A stretch of 64,000 nt of DNA from Candidatus Onthoplasma faecipullorum (GTDB lineage: Bacteria; Bacillota; Clostridia; Christensenellales; UBA1242). The stretch is from assembly GCA_019120295.1 (NCBI GenBank), contig DWVI01000005.1, positions 955-64,954 on the forward strand. The letters run 5' to 3'. The notes below the pieces were generated by a model, which had not been told where the DNA came from, searched no databases, and saw nothing but the letters and a program-made list of their open reading frames with translations. Below are positions 10,940 to 21,148 of this stretch, one piece after another. Position 1 is the first letter of the stretch, and the number at the start of each line of letters is the position of its first letter. A program made the translations under genes and the position numbers.

Positions 10940-11349
10940 TTTTGCTTCTCCACAAACTTTTTAATCGCTTCTGTTGCGTTTTTGATAAGTTCCATATAGG
11001 CGGACGACTTATCTGCGTGAATGATTTTAAATTTGTCCTTATTCACAACGAAAAAGCCAATCGGTTGAACAGTAAAACCGCCACCAGTTCCGCCCGCAAG
11101 CGGAAAATCTGCTGAGTTGCGTTTTGCGTTTAGGTCGGAGTACTCGCCACCGCCCACAACAAAACCAATGCTAACTTTTGAAATTGGTACTATTGTGCTA
11201 CCGTCTTGCAACGTTATTGCATTTCCGACCACACAATTTACGTCAATCATTGAACGAATTTTACCTAAAGACGCGTCAATTAACGACTGCAATTTATTAT
11301 CCTGTTTTAAGTCTACTCTTTCCACTTTTTTCATACTCTCTCCATACAT
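10936..11349 (-). CDS. ytfJ: Sporulation protein YtfJ/GerW
   Basis: 137 aa. VPISKVSIGFVVGGGEY and GGTGGGFTVQPIGFFVV match the YtfJ family pattern. Confidence 0.75.
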   Translation of the reverse strand: MYGESMKKVERVDLKQDNKLQSLIDASLGKIRSMIDVNCVVGNAITLQDGSTIVPISKVSIGFVVGGGEYSDLNAKRNSADFPLAGGTGGGFTVQPIGFFVVNKDKFKIIHADKSSAYMELIKNATEAIKKFVEKQK

Positions 11350-11917
11350 AAAATTTTGCTAAGATAAATGCGTACAATATGTCAAAAATTGAAATTCTAA
11401 CACTGTTTTGCACGCGTATATTTAAAATATCTTCGTTGTATTTTGGCTTAACGTCGATTAAAATATGTGCGGTTTTTTTATTATTTTTGATTTTTCCTAT
11501 CATTGATTTTGTTATTACGTCTATAAAGCCAGTTATCACTGCTGTAATCATTGCATCATACATATAACCAAAGTTTGAATGTATTTCCAAATTTAAAAAT
11601 TGTTCGCGAAAATATAATTGTTTTATTAGATTTAATATGAAAGCCACGTTTATATTTTTTTCTGTGATTTTTTCTTTACGTTCTTTGTTTTTATGGTTAA
11701 TATACACGTAGCCATGTTTAATACGTATTTTAAAATCTATAACATATTTATTAAGTATTTTAATCGTTAAACTGCCTTTTAATCTAAGTATGTTAAACCG
11801 AATTTCAAACTTAATTAAAAAAGGATAAATTATTATAAATAACAACAAAAATATTGTAAACAATAAAAAAAGATACCACATAAAAGTAGTATCTAAAATA
11901 AAAAAATTTTTATTCAT
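11297..11917 (-). CDS. Membrane protein, YtfI/DUF2953-like
   Basis: N-terminal TM helix and a position immediately upstream of ytfJ, as with ytfI in Bacillus. The domain call is by context only. Confidence 0.45.
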   Translation of the reverse strand: MNKNFFILDTTFMWYLFLLFTIFLLLFIIIYPFLIKFEIRFNILRLKGSLTIKILNKYVIDFKIRIKHGYVYINHKNKERKEKITEKNINVAFILNLIKQLYFREQFLNLEIHSNFGYMYDAMITAVITGFIDVITKSMIGKIKNNKKTAHILIDVKPKYNEDILNIRVQNSVRISIFDILYAFILAKFYVWREYEKSGKSRLKTG

Positions 11918-12839
11918 TATTAAAGTCGATTGTTAAGTTAACTTTAACATTTTTTTGCTCTTCTAAATATAAAGTTATATTTACCTTTTCTTTTATTGTT
12001 GACGTTATCTCTAAAATTGGTGAACAATTATTTATAACACTCACGTTTGGGTTATCTATAACAACTTTTAGGTTTTGATTAACAACCGTTTCGTCATTAT
12101 TTAAAACTTTATATTGAATGGTGCAAATCATATCTTTTACTACAACGCTATCTATACGAATATTGTAAAAATCAGCAGGTAAAATATTGATTAAATAAAC
12201 CTTATTTAATTTCACAAAATTTTCTGTAAAACTAATTTCTATTTCTGTCTCTCCATTTGATATTGGCGTTAAAGTGTCGTTTGTAAGATTAATCATTTCT
12301 TTATCAACGCTAATATCAACATCTGCGTTCGTGTTTAAATTAAACACATCTTGAATTGCAAATTCTTCTTCAACTTTTAAAGTGTCTATATTAAGTATCG
12401 GTGAACTTTCTTCTACTACATTCACAACTATTGTTTCAGACAAACTCTTCGTTTCAGAACTAGCAACGCTATATTTTAAATTGTAAATACCAATTTCATT
12501 TGCATAAAATACATTATCATTTAATATTAGCCCGTCTGACGCACTGCCTGTTTTTGCCACTATTTCACATGACATTGAACTCTTTGCTTCCACTGGACTA
12601 ACATTTATAAAACCATTCTCAAACTCGAAACTCGTTCCAACAGGAATGTTTATTGACCTTGAACAATTTAGTGTTAAACCAGCTGCATAAATTTCGCTTT
12701 GTTGTGAGTTGGTTGATGTGTTATTGTGAAAAACTAAAAATAGCGATAACGCTACTAATATGCTGACGCAATAAATAGAGTATAATATTTTCTTTTTTCT
12801 CACATTTTTAATAATAAAAAAATTACCAAATTTTGGCAA
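11910..12839 (-). CDS. Hypothetical N-terminally anchored extracellular protein
   Basis: Signal-anchor ILYSIYCVSILVALSLFLVF; the rest looks beta-rich with no recognised motif. Confidence 0.5.
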   Translation of the reverse strand: MPKFGNFFIIKNVRKKKILYSIYCVSILVALSLFLVFHNNTSTNSQQSEIYAAGLTLNCSRSINIPVGTSFEFENGFINVSPVEAKSSMSCEIVAKTGSASDGLILNDNVFYANEIGIYNLKYSVASSETKSLSETIVVNVVEESSPILNIDTLKVEEEFAIQDVFNLNTNADVDISVDKEMINLTNDTLTPISNGETEIEISFTENFVKLNKVYLINILPADFYNIRIDSVVVKDMICTIQYKVLNNDETVVNQNLKVVIDNPNVSVINNCSPILEITSTIKEKVNITLYLEEQKNVKVNLTIDFNNE

Positions 12840-12964
12840 TTGATTTGTCGAATTTTGTCAAAATTTAGTAAAATTTTCATTTAATTTAACTATTTTATAG
12901 TATTTTTACGAATTTTTTATTTATTTTATTTATTATTTATTATTTTTTATTAATCAATTAAATT

Positions 12965-13639
12965 TTAATTATCAATATATTTTTTTATTTCAGGATAATC
13001 TTTAATTATTTGGTAGTATCTATGCTTTTTAACAAGTCCGTCAATCATTAAATATAAACCTATTCCAAAAATAATTACTCCTACGCAAATGCCAATTAAA
13101 CCATTATAGAATGCCGCATTTTCTGTTGCTGTAAATGATAAAAGTGCGATTTGTGCTAACACCAAGTTGTTGAACGCCGTTGCAAAATTAGTTAGTTTGT
13201 ACTCTTTAATGAGCATAGTTTTACCCCTAGTTTTGCAAACTCCTACAATCGACATCGCAATGCTATACGTTGCAAATGCAGCGATTGCTATTGCGATTAT
13301 CATATTGTACTCAAAATTTGAAGGATAATAAATTGAAAACACTGAGTACACTATATAAAACACACTTGAAATTGCAAGCACCACACCACCGCGAATGTAG
13401 GCATGAATATCTTTAATATTTTCTTTATTTTTTCTTAAACCGCTACTACAATTATTTTTAACATAACCTATGAACAAACTGTAAATAGCGATAGCAATAA
13501 GGAACCATGACCTAAAATACACACCAACTAAAATTTTGAATAGAAAATAAAACAAGTTTTTAAAAAATGCCAACTTGCCATATACGATTATTTTCTTCTC
13601 TTCTGGAATGCTTCTAAATTTCTTAATTAAGTTCCACAT
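12965..13639 (-). CDS. Multi-pass membrane protein, unknown function
   Basis: About 5-6 hydrophobic segments; no catalytic motif recognised. Confidence 0.5.
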   Translation of the reverse strand: MWNLIKKFRSIPEEKKIIVYGKLAFFKNLFYFLFKILVGVYFRSWFLIAIAIYSLFIGYVKNNCSSGLRKNKENIKDIHAYIRGGVVLAISSVFYIVYSVFSIYYPSNFEYNMIIAIAIAAFATYSIAMSIVGVCKTRGKTMLIKEYKLTNFATAFNNLVLAQIALLSFTATENAAFYNGLIGICVGVIIFGIGLYLMIDGLVKKHRYYQIIKDYPEIKKYIDN

Positions 13640-13934
13640 AATATTATTGCTTTTTATATTATTTCGACTATACTAGCGATTACATTATAACACAAAAAAT
13701 AAATTTTTCAATAGAAATTGGTTAAAAATGTTCAAAATAGTAAAAATTTGTTCATTTTTATCGTTTTTAATTATATAAAACGAAAATTTTGAGTTAAAAC
13801 ATAACTGTTTTTACATTACATTATATTAAAAAAGCGAACAGTTTACAATCAGTTCGCCAAAAATAGACAATATGCTGTTGAAAATTTTTCGAGCATAATA
13901 TATTGAAAACAATCGAAAATAATTTATAGAAAAA

Positions 13935-15377
13935 TTAATATTGTTTGCCAAAATACACTCTATATTTGCTAGGTTTATTGCAGTAAACACAACGTTTTGT
14001 ATTGTCATATGAGTGAATTACACGAGTTTTAATAGTGGTTTTTTGTTTGATTTCAGTTTCACACGCGCTATCACCACAATGATAAGAAAGCGCCACTTTA
14101 CCATTGTTGACTTCTTTAACTAACGTGTCAAAATCGTCAGTTTCAACGATAGCATTATTTAAGTTATCTTGCGCCTGCTTTAACATATTTGCTTGAATAT
14201 CTTTAAGTAAAGACTTAACTTCTTTTTGAATGTTGTTTAAGTTGAGTTGCACTTTTTCGTGAGTGTCGCGCCTAACTGCTGTTGCCACACCATTTTCAAT
14301 ATCTCTTGGGCCGATTTCTAAACGCAATGGAACGCCTTTCATTTCATATTCATTAAATTTCCAACCAGGAGTGTTATCTGAATTGTCAATTTTAACGCGC
14401 ACTTTGTTGGAATTTAATTTTTTATAAACTTCTAGGCATTTTTCAACTACGCCCTCAACCTTACTTGCCACTGGAATAATCACAACTTGAATAGGTGCAA
14501 TATTAGGTGGTAAGCGAAGCCCCCGTTCGTCGCCATGGACCATAACAAGCGCGCCAATAAGCCTTGTGCTAACACCCCAACTTGTTGAATAACCATATTC
14601 AAGTTCGCCATTTTTATTTAGGAAACGAATGTTGCTAGCCTTTGCAAAATTTTGACCAAGGTTGTGTGACGTGCCTGCCTGCAAACATTTTCCGTCCTTC
14701 ATAATTGCTTCCATACCATATGTTGCAACCGCACCTGCAAACTTTTCATTTTCAGTTTTTCTTCCTTGCAAAGTTGGAATAGCCATAAGGTTTTTAAGGC
14801 AATCTACGTATACTTTTAACATTTCTTGCACGTCTTTTTCAGCATCTTTCATACTCGCTTGCACGGTGTGGCCTTCTTGCCATAAAAATTCGCTTGTTCT
14901 AAGGAATGGACGAGTTGTTTTTTCCCATCTCATAACGTTACACCATTGGTTCATTTTAACTGGTAAATCACGATAAGACTTTATCCATTTTGCGTACATT
15001 TCACAAATTATTGTTTCACTAGTTGGGCGGATAATTAGTTTTTCATTTAATTCTTCACCGCCTGCGTAGGTTACAACAGCCACTTCTGGCGCAAAACCTT
15101 CAACGTGTTCGGCTTCCCTTTTTAAATAACTTTCAGGAATTAAAAGTGGAAAATATGCGTTTTGAACGCCACGTTTTTTTAACTCTTTATCCAAATAATT
15201 TTGAATACCTTCCCAAATTGCATAACCATATGGTTTAATGACCATTGTGCCTTTAACCGGGCCATAATCGACCATATCAGTTTTCAAAATAACATCAGTG
15301 TACCACTGCGCAAAATCAGTTTTTATGTCCGCTAATTCATTAACAAATTGTTTATTCTTGCTCATTATCTTCACCAC
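13935..15377 (-). CDS. proS: Proline--tRNA ligase (archaeal/eukaryote-like short form)
   Basis: 480-aa class II aaRS (FRPEV-like motif, RPTSET, GTSHNLGQNF) with a C-terminal zinc-binding tail ending in ...GKQY. Confidence 0.9.
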   Translation of the reverse strand: MVKIMSKNKQFVNELADIKTDFAQWYTDVILKTDMVDYGPVKGTMVIKPYGYAIWEGIQNYLDKELKKRGVQNAYFPLLIPESYLKREAEHVEGFAPEVAVVTYAGGEELNEKLIIRPTSETIICEMYAKWIKSYRDLPVKMNQWCNVMRWEKTTRPFLRTSEFLWQEGHTVQASMKDAEKDVQEMLKVYVDCLKNLMAIPTLQGRKTENEKFAGAVATYGMEAIMKDGKCLQAGTSHNLGQNFAKASNIRFLNKNGELEYGYSTSWGVSTRLIGALVMVHGDERGLRLPPNIAPIQVVIIPVASKVEGVVEKCLEVYKKLNSNKVRVKIDNSDNTPGWKFNEYEMKGVPLRLEIGPRDIENGVATAVRRDTHEKVQLNLNNIQKEVKSLLKDIQANMLKQAQDNLNNAIVETDDFDTLVKEVNNGKVALSYHCGDSACETEIKQKTTIKTRVIHSYDNTKRCVYCNKPSKYRVYFGKQY

Positions 15378-15567
15378 CTGTTGTATCTTTCTTTTGCATA
15401 TTATTTTTTATCATGATAATTTTTCCTTTGGCTTTTTCTAACTCTTTTATGCAATTCTTTGCTAATTTGCAACCTTCTTCATATAGTTTTAAACCTTCGT
15501 CCAAACTAACGCCTTTATCTAAAAGCGCGCTTATTTCTTCTAGCCTTTTCAAATCTTTTTCAATCAT
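15352..15567 (-). CDS. xseB: Exodeoxyribonuclease VII small subunit
   Basis: 71-aa helical protein (LEEISALLDKGVSLDEGLKLYEEGCKL) directly after xseA. Confidence 0.8.
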   Translation of the reverse strand: MIEKDLKRLEEISALLDKGVSLDEGLKLYEEGCKLAKNCIKELEKAKGKIIMIKNNMQKKDTTGGEDNEQE

Positions 15568-16739
15568 TTTTTCTCCTTATTTACAACTAACGCCTGCAAT
15601 TTAACATCTGCTGTTGTAACGCTAATTTTGTCATTTATATTGATATTTTTATAGTTTACAGTTTCACCATTTTCATTTTCAACATACGAATAACCAGATT
15701 TTAATAATCTCGCAGGGTTTAATTTATCTAGTGTATTTAAAACAATATCTACCCTATATCTTGTTTTATCAACTTTATTTGAAATTGATGTGTCCATTCT
15801 GTTTAATATGTCGTTTACATGCAATAATTCGTCGTTTATCATTGAATTGATGTTTCTATCAATATCATTTATATAATAGTCAATGTTTGACGCAATGTCA
15901 CCAACAATGTTAATAAATTTTGTTTCAATATTATATTGCATATGCTCAATTTGGCGTGATAATTCTAGGCTATCATATGTTACAAGTTCTGCCGCTGCAC
16001 TCGGTGTGGGGGCGCGAAGGTCTGCAACAAAATCTAATATTGAAAAATCGGTTTCATGCCCTACTGCGCTAATTAGTGGCTTATTGCAAATGAATGCTAC
16101 TCGCGCCAACTCTTCATTGTTAAACGGCATTAAATCTTCCAAACTTCCGCCACCGCGCGCCACAATTATAACGTCAACATCAGATAAATTATCAAAATAT
16201 GTTATACCTTCAATCACGTCGGAAACGGCAAACTTACCTTGCACACTCGCATCGTAAACATAAATATCTAAATTTGGGTTTCGCCTTCTTGTTACATTTT
16301 TAATATCTTGCAACACCGCGCCTGTTGCGCTTGTTACCACTCCAATGGACGAGATAAAACGCGGAATTGGAATTTTATTTTTTTCGTCAAACAAACCTTC
16401 CTTTTGCAATTTTTCTTTTAGTTCAATAAATTGTTTATATAATTCACCTTGACCAGACAACTCAATCTTGTACGCATTGAATGTTAGTCTTCCGCCCTTT
16501 GGATAATATTTTACGTTTCCGCTTATTTGCACCATGTCACCAACTGAAAATTCAGTTTTAGCGCCGAACATAACGCAGTTTAATAGATTATCACTATCCT
16601 TTAAGGTGAAATATGCGATGTTGCGAGTTATTGAAAAACTAGACAATTCACCAGAAACAGTTATATCTTCCAGCACAATTTCATTGTCTATCAAATCTTT
16701 TATGATTTTGTTTAATTCTCTAACTGTAAAGATTTTCAC
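15564..16739 (-). CDS. xseA: Exodeoxyribonuclease VII large subunit
   Basis: N-terminal OB fold (VSGELS), then IGVVTSATGAVLQD, ARGGGSLEDL and GHETD motifs. Confidence 0.9.
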   Translation of the reverse strand: MKIFTVRELNKIIKDLIDNEIVLEDITVSGELSSFSITRNIAYFTLKDSDNLLNCVMFGAKTEFSVGDMVQISGNVKYYPKGGRLTFNAYKIELSGQGELYKQFIELKEKLQKEGLFDEKNKIPIPRFISSIGVVTSATGAVLQDIKNVTRRRNPNLDIYVYDASVQGKFAVSDVIEGITYFDNLSDVDVIIVARGGGSLEDLMPFNNEELARVAFICNKPLISAVGHETDFSILDFVADLRAPTPSAAAELVTYDSLELSRQIEHMQYNIETKFINIVGDIASNIDYYINDIDRNINSMINDELLHVNDILNRMDTSISNKVDKTRYRVDIVLNTLDKLNPARLLKSGYSYVENENGETVNYKNININDKISVTTADVKLQALVVNKEKK

Positions 16740-16740
16740 T

Positions 16741-17124
16741 CTATTTTTCGCCTTTTATAACGTCTGCCAACACACCATTTATAAATTTAGGGCTTTTTTC
16801 AGTTGAATATTTTTTTGCCAAATTTACTGCTTCGTTTACAATCACTTCTTTTGGGTTTTCTTTGATATATTTAAGTTCAATTATAGCAACCACTAAAATA
16901 GCCAAATCAACCTTATTTAATCTATCGATTGTGTAACCTTTTAGTGTTGAATTTATAATGTCATTTATATCTGTGTAATGGCTAGCAAAATTGGTTAAAA
17001 TATTTTTTGTAAACTCTAAACCTTTTTGGTCTGCGTTGTTAAATAATTCGTCGTCTTCTTCATGGTTGAAGAATTTTGAATATATAGTTTTAAATGCGAG
17101 TTCCCTTGCATCTGCTCTCTTCAT
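16741..17124 (-). CDS. nusB: Transcription antitermination factor NusB
   Basis: 127 aa; MKRADARELAFKTIY and the C-terminal VNEAVNLAKKY...KFINGVL are typical. Confidence 0.85.
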   Translation of the reverse strand: MKRADARELAFKTIYSKFFNHEEDDELFNNADQKGLEFTKNILTNFASHYTDINDIINSTLKGYTIDRLNKVDLAILVVAIIELKYIKENPKEVIVNEAVNLAKKYSTEKSPKFINGVLADVIKGEK

Positions 17125-17206
17125 ACCTTCTCCTTAATGTTAAACAGTTTAATCGTTTATTTTAAATTGAGTTTGTTTTCAATATATTTTTAAGATTTCT
17201 ATGATA

Positions 17207-17236
17207 ACAAAAACTCTCTCAGTTAGAGAGAAGTTT
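17207..17236 (-). terminator. Rho-independent terminator downstream of asp23
   Basis: CTCTC-AGTTA-GAGAG core hairpin with extended arms. On the minus strand it is followed by a T-run. Confidence 0.55.
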
Positions 17237-17240
17237 TTTA

Positions 17241-17594
17241 CTAAGATTTCTTTACGGCGTCCATAATATGAACATTGATTGCTTTAATTTTTATTGGTAG
17301 CAATGTGGTTAAACTATTTTTTATGTTTTGCTGAATTCTATAAACAATGTCGTTAACTTCCACATCTGTTTCAACCACAACATAGATATCAATTAAAACA
17401 CCAAGGTTTGTGTATTTTATCTTAACTCCCTTACCTACATTCCTATTAAATAAACGTTTAATTGATAGGCGTGTGGGTTGATAAACGTCAACAACACCTT
17501 GAATTTCTTTCGTCGCTAAGCTAACAATAGAAACAACCATATTTTTATTGATGTAAGTTTCGTTTGTGCCGTTAATCTTTTTGATTTGTGCCAT
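17241..17594 (-). CDS. Asp23/Gls24 family alkaline-shock protein
   Basis: 117 aa with VVSIVSLATKEIQGV and a typical Asp23 layout; lies between spoIIIAH and nusB as in many Clostridia. Confidence 0.8.
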   Translation of the reverse strand: MAQIKKINGTNETYINKNMVVSIVSLATKEIQGVVDVYQPTRLSIKRLFNRNVGKGVKIKYTNLGVLIDIYVVVETDVEVNDIVYRIQQNIKNSLTTLLPIKIKAINVHIMDAVKKS

Positions 17595-17678
17595 AATAAT
17601 CCTTTTATAATGATTATATTATTAGTTCGACATGGTTATTATAACACAATTTAAAACTTTAATCAAATAATATTTGGT

Positions 17679-18164
17679 CTATTCTGATGGTATAATTATA
17701 ATTTTATCAATTTCAACATTCATTTGTGTGGTTACAACTGATGTAATTTGTGCGACTTCGGTTTCTGTGAGTTCGCTGGCTTTGATAAATACATTTATAT
17801 TTGAACTAGATGTTGTGATAACCACATCTTCAAAACCCTTGCCTCGAATGATACCTTCTGTTACTAATTCCTTTTCCATTTGTGTGATAAGTGCCAATTT
17901 CTTTTCTTCTGCGTCTGCTTTTGACTCGTCACTTGCTGTTGCGCTTGCAATTATTTCGTTGTAATGTTGAATTTCTTGAAGTCTTGTGTTTTCGCGGTCG
18001 GTTCTATAATTGCTATAAAAATTAGCACTAGTTGAACTTGTAGGCGTTGATAAATCTGTTGAAAGTGTGCTGTTTAGTGCAACGTTCACAAAACCTGTAA
18101 CCAATAATAATGCTACCATAACCGATAAAATTATAATCTTTTTCTTTTTTGTTAATGTTTTCAT
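17679..18164 (-). CDS. spoIIIAH: Stage III sporulation protein AH
   Basis: Last gene of the 8-gene spoIIIA cluster. Single N-terminal TM plus an extracellular domain. Assigned mainly by position and size. Confidence 0.7.
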   Translation of the reverse strand: MKTLTKKKKIIILSVMVALLLVTGFVNVALNSTLSTDLSTPTSSTSANFYSNYRTDRENTRLQEIQHYNEIIASATASDESKADAEEKKLALITQMEKELVTEGIIRGKGFEDVVITTSSSNINVFIKASELTETEVAQITSVVTTQMNVEIDKIIIIPSE

Positions 18165-18172
18165 ATTCCCTC

Positions 18173-18619
18173 CTATTCACTTGATAAAATTTCAATATTT
18201 CCGTTTGTTATATCAATCACTGCTTCAACTGCGTGTAAAACTTTTAATTTGGTTGCCGTGTCACCAACACCTTTTGCCGTAATCAACACACCTTTAATGG
18301 CTGGAAACTTGTCCAACACTATGTTTGAGTCGTTAACTGTGGCTGTATCCATATCTAGTGTAATTAAAACTTTCACATCACTTACACCTCCAATATTAGA
18401 TAATATCTCTTGCAACCGATTTTCTAAGTCGTCAATGTAGGCGGTAACAGTCATTTCCGACGAGTTGTTTGTGCTTGTACCACTCGACTTATTGAAATTG
18501 CCGAGATAGATAAGCAATAACACTACAATAAATATTATGGCGATGTAGACTTCAATATGCTTAATTTTTTTAAGTTTTTCTAAAAACTTGAAGCCTGATT
18601 TCTTTTCATTGTCACTCAT
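18173..18619 (-). CDS. spoIIIAG: Stage III sporulation protein AG
   Basis: N-terminal TM, a C-terminal VKVLITL...VLITAKG beta-rich domain, and its position in the operon. Confidence 0.7.
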   Translation of the reverse strand: MSDNEKKSGFKFLEKLKKIKHIEVYIAIIFIVVLLLIYLGNFNKSSGTSTNNSSEMTVTAYIDDLENRLQEILSNIGGVSDVKVLITLDMDTATVNDSNIVLDKFPAIKGVLITAKGVGDTATKLKVLHAVEAVIDITNGNIEILSSE

Positions 18620-19085
18620 AGAATATTATCACCTCGTCGGATAGATTTGTAATTTCGTTAATCGTTTTAGCAATGAATTCATACCTATTATTATGCAAGG
18701 CGTCACCTGAAATTGCTAGTTCACGCAAATTTACTTCGCAAGAATTTAAGGACAATTCATTAGAATTTATCGAATAGTTTATTTTAATGTCGACTTTCGA
18801 ATACCCTGCATTATTAAGGGCTGTTTCAATCTCATTTTCATACGCCCTAACGCGTGAAGAAAATATGTAATTCATTAAATTTTCTTCTATCTCGTAATCG
18901 TTATAATCTATAGTGATGTTATCTTTATTTGATATAAGTTTCACAACAGGCATAATTATCACAGCCACAACAAAGATAGCAAATATACTTTTAATATATT
19001 TGTTTATTTTGCCTGTTGGAACGATTATATCAATCAGTATTCCAGCAAGCACTATTCCAAGTATTGTTAAAATGTAACCAGACAT
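18612..19085 (-). CDS. spoIIIAF: Stage III sporulation protein AF
   Basis: Two N-terminal TM helices with a ...P.GK..KYIK motif, and its position in the operon. Confidence 0.7.
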   Translation of the reverse strand: MSGYILTILGIVLAGILIDIIVPTGKINKYIKSIFAIFVVAVIIMPVVKLISNKDNITIDYNDYEIEENLMNYIFSSRVRAYENEIETALNNAGYSKVDIKINYSINSNELSLNSCEVNLRELAISGDALHNNRYEFIAKTINEITNLSDEVIIFYE

Positions 19086-19086
19086 A

Positions 19087-20367
19087 TCACATCACCACAT
19101 TTGAAGTTGTCATAATTAAACCAACTGAAATTAAAAACATAAAACCAACCGCAATTACACATGTTGAAAGCATTGTAATTGATTTTGAAGTGTCGTTTAG
19201 AAAATTTGAAGTTTTTGTGTTTCCCATAGGTTGTAACACTGCGGACAGTAATTTAAGAAGCAAACTAAATATCATAATTTCAAGAATTGGTGAAAGTATT
19301 GCCCCAATTATTAGAAGTGCACCAACCAAACCTACTGAGTTTTTAATTAAAATTGTGCTAGACATGATTAAGTCCATTCCGTCGGACAAATACCCGCCCA
19401 TAACAGGCAGGTAACTACGAATTGTGTATTTGGTTGTGCGTATGCTTAAACTATCAAACGAACCAGCCGAAATCCCTTGAATAGTGAAAATTGCAAAGAA
19501 TATTGTGAAAACTAGCCCAACACACCACTTAAAAGTGCTTGAAATGAATGAGTTGAAGCGGTCAAGTTTAACATTGTCTGATAAATTACTTATTATTCCA
19601 AACACGAAACTAAACAAAAACAATGGTAAAACGAAAAATTTGAAAAAGTCGGCAACATAGGTTGAGATTATTGCAACGATAGGCTGAAACGCACCAGCGC
19701 TTGCGTTTGCTCCAATTCCTATCATAAGGGTTATAAGTATTGGAAATAATTTATTCATTAGTCCAACCATGTTGTTGATTGAACTCTCTGTTTTGTTAGA
19801 TAGATTGCTAACCATTGAAATCATAAGAATTACAACCGCCATAAAACACACTAAATGTATTAAATTGGCGGTTGATTTTTCATTGAACTTACTTTTCATT
19901 CCGTTTAGTAAATTACCAATAACCCCTATTGCAATTATTACAGATAAAAGCGGTAAATATTTTAATATTAAATCAATTAAACTTGAAAATACGCTCGCTA
20001 AAAATGTTGAATAATTTACTGCATCTTCTCCACTGATAATTGAATACACTTTTGTTTTAATGTTGTCTATTGAAAAAATATTGGCGTCATTATTTTCAAA
20101 TTCTTCAATAATGGAGTTAAAAGAAGAAAAATCAATTTCGTTAAGTTCTTCGATTATAGACGCGTTTAGGTCTTTACTTATTTCAACCACATCGCTTGTG
20201 TTATCCAAACAAAACGTTTGCATAGGCGTCAAAATGGAAATAAGAGAAATAAATACAACCATTAAAATTGTTAGCGCCTTATTATTTTGACCATACTTAA
20301 AACATTTAGATTTCGATTTTTTATATAAGCGCGGAAAGATATTAAAAAAACGTTTTACCTTCGTCAT
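19087..20367 (-). CDS. spoIIIAE: Stage III sporulation protein AE (polytopic membrane protein)
   Basis: 426 aa, a signal-like N-terminus followed by about 7 TM segments; size and position are typical of SpoIIIAE. Confidence 0.85.
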   Translation of the reverse strand: MTKVKRFFNIFPRLYKKSKSKCFKYGQNNKALTILMVVFISLISILTPMQTFCLDNTSDVVEISKDLNASIIEELNEIDFSSFNSIIEEFENNDANIFSIDNIKTKVYSIISGEDAVNYSTFLASVFSSLIDLILKYLPLLSVIIAIGVIGNLLNGMKSKFNEKSTANLIHLVCFMAVVILMISMVSNLSNKTESSINNMVGLMNKLFPILITLMIGIGANASAGAFQPIVAIISTYVADFFKFFVLPLFLFSFVFGIISNLSDNVKLDRFNSFISSTFKWCVGLVFTIFFAIFTIQGISAGSFDSLSIRTTKYTIRSYLPVMGGYLSDGMDLIMSSTILIKNSVGLVGALLIIGAILSPILEIMIFSLLLKLLSAVLQPMGNTKTSNFLNDTSKSITMLSTCVIAVGFMFLISVGLIMTTSNVVM

Positions 20368-20750
20368 AATAGCGCCACCACCATATCAACAACAGTTGTA
20401 ATTATTGGTAGAGAAATTAGCAGTATTACCAATTTTGCAACAAATAAAATTTTATCTGCAATACTGCTTGCCCCTGCGTCCGCACAAATGTTTGCGCCAA
20501 ACTCGGCGATGTAACCGATTGCTATGATTTTAAGTAGGGGTGTTAAAAGTGTTGTGTCTACCCCTGTTTTTTCAAAAATTGAATAGAATGAAGATATAAC
20601 TGAATTTAAAGTGTCTACCGCCATTATGATAATTAAAACACTGCCTGCAATCGAAATTAAAATGGCAATTTCAGGCTTGGTTTGTTTTATTATCATGTTG
20701 GCAAACACAGTGATTAATGCCACTGTTAGAATTTTTAATAATTCAGTCAT
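20364..20750 (-). CDS. spoIIIAD: Stage III sporulation protein AD
   Basis: 128-aa, four-TM small membrane protein that overlaps the spoIIIAE start. Confidence 0.8.
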   Translation of the reverse strand: MTELLKILTVALITVFANMIIKQTKPEIAILISIAGSVLIIIMAVDTLNSVISSFYSIFEKTGVDTTLLTPLLKIIAIGYIAEFGANICADAGASSIADKILFVAKLVILLISLPIITTVVDMVVALL

Positions 20751-20936
20751 ATTTCTCCAAAATTGGTAAAAATTTTAAAAAAAGTTAAAAATTTGCACAG
20801 TTTTTCGCATTTTTTCTCATTTTTTTGCAACTTTTTCGTGTTTTCTTGCAAATTTTTGCAAAGTTGAAAATTTGTAAATTAGCCATAAAAGGTAAATTGT
20901 TTTTATATAATTAGTATTTTTATATGTAAATTTTTG

Positions 20937-21125
20937 CTAGAAAACAAACAGCGATTGCACAGTAGAAAACAAATCGCGAACTAGGTCAACCACCATAAGC
21001 AAACTGATAATTAGCCCAGCAAGTGTTGTGATTGACGCTATCTCTTCTTTTCCGCAATACTTCAATATTTGATTTACAATAGAAGTGATTAAACCAATTC
21101 CTGCAAGTTTAAAAATTATCTCCAT
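20937..21125 (-). CDS. spoIIIAC: Stage III sporulation protein AC
   Basis: The start is trimmed to the internal ATG at 21125, which is preceded by a GGAGAGAG RBS. This gives a 62-aa two-TM protein (MEIIFKLAGIGLITSIVNQILK...) typical of SpoIIIAC. Confidence 0.75.
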   Translation of the reverse strand: MEIIFKLAGIGLITSIVNQILKYCGKEEIASITTLAGLIISLLMVVDLVRDLFSTVQSLFVF

Positions 21126-21148
21126 ACTCTCTCCTTTTACATTTAAAT

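Noticed and set aside
13826-14008. A 60-aa minus-strand ORF overlapping the proS 3' end
   Set aside because: It overlaps the proS C-terminal zinc-ribbon coding region in another frame and continues into an AT-rich spacer, so it is spurious.
15378-15600. A T-box or riboswitch leader for proS
   Set aside because: proS starts inside the xseB 3' end (a 26-nt overlap), so there is no leader region. No T-box or specifier features were seen.
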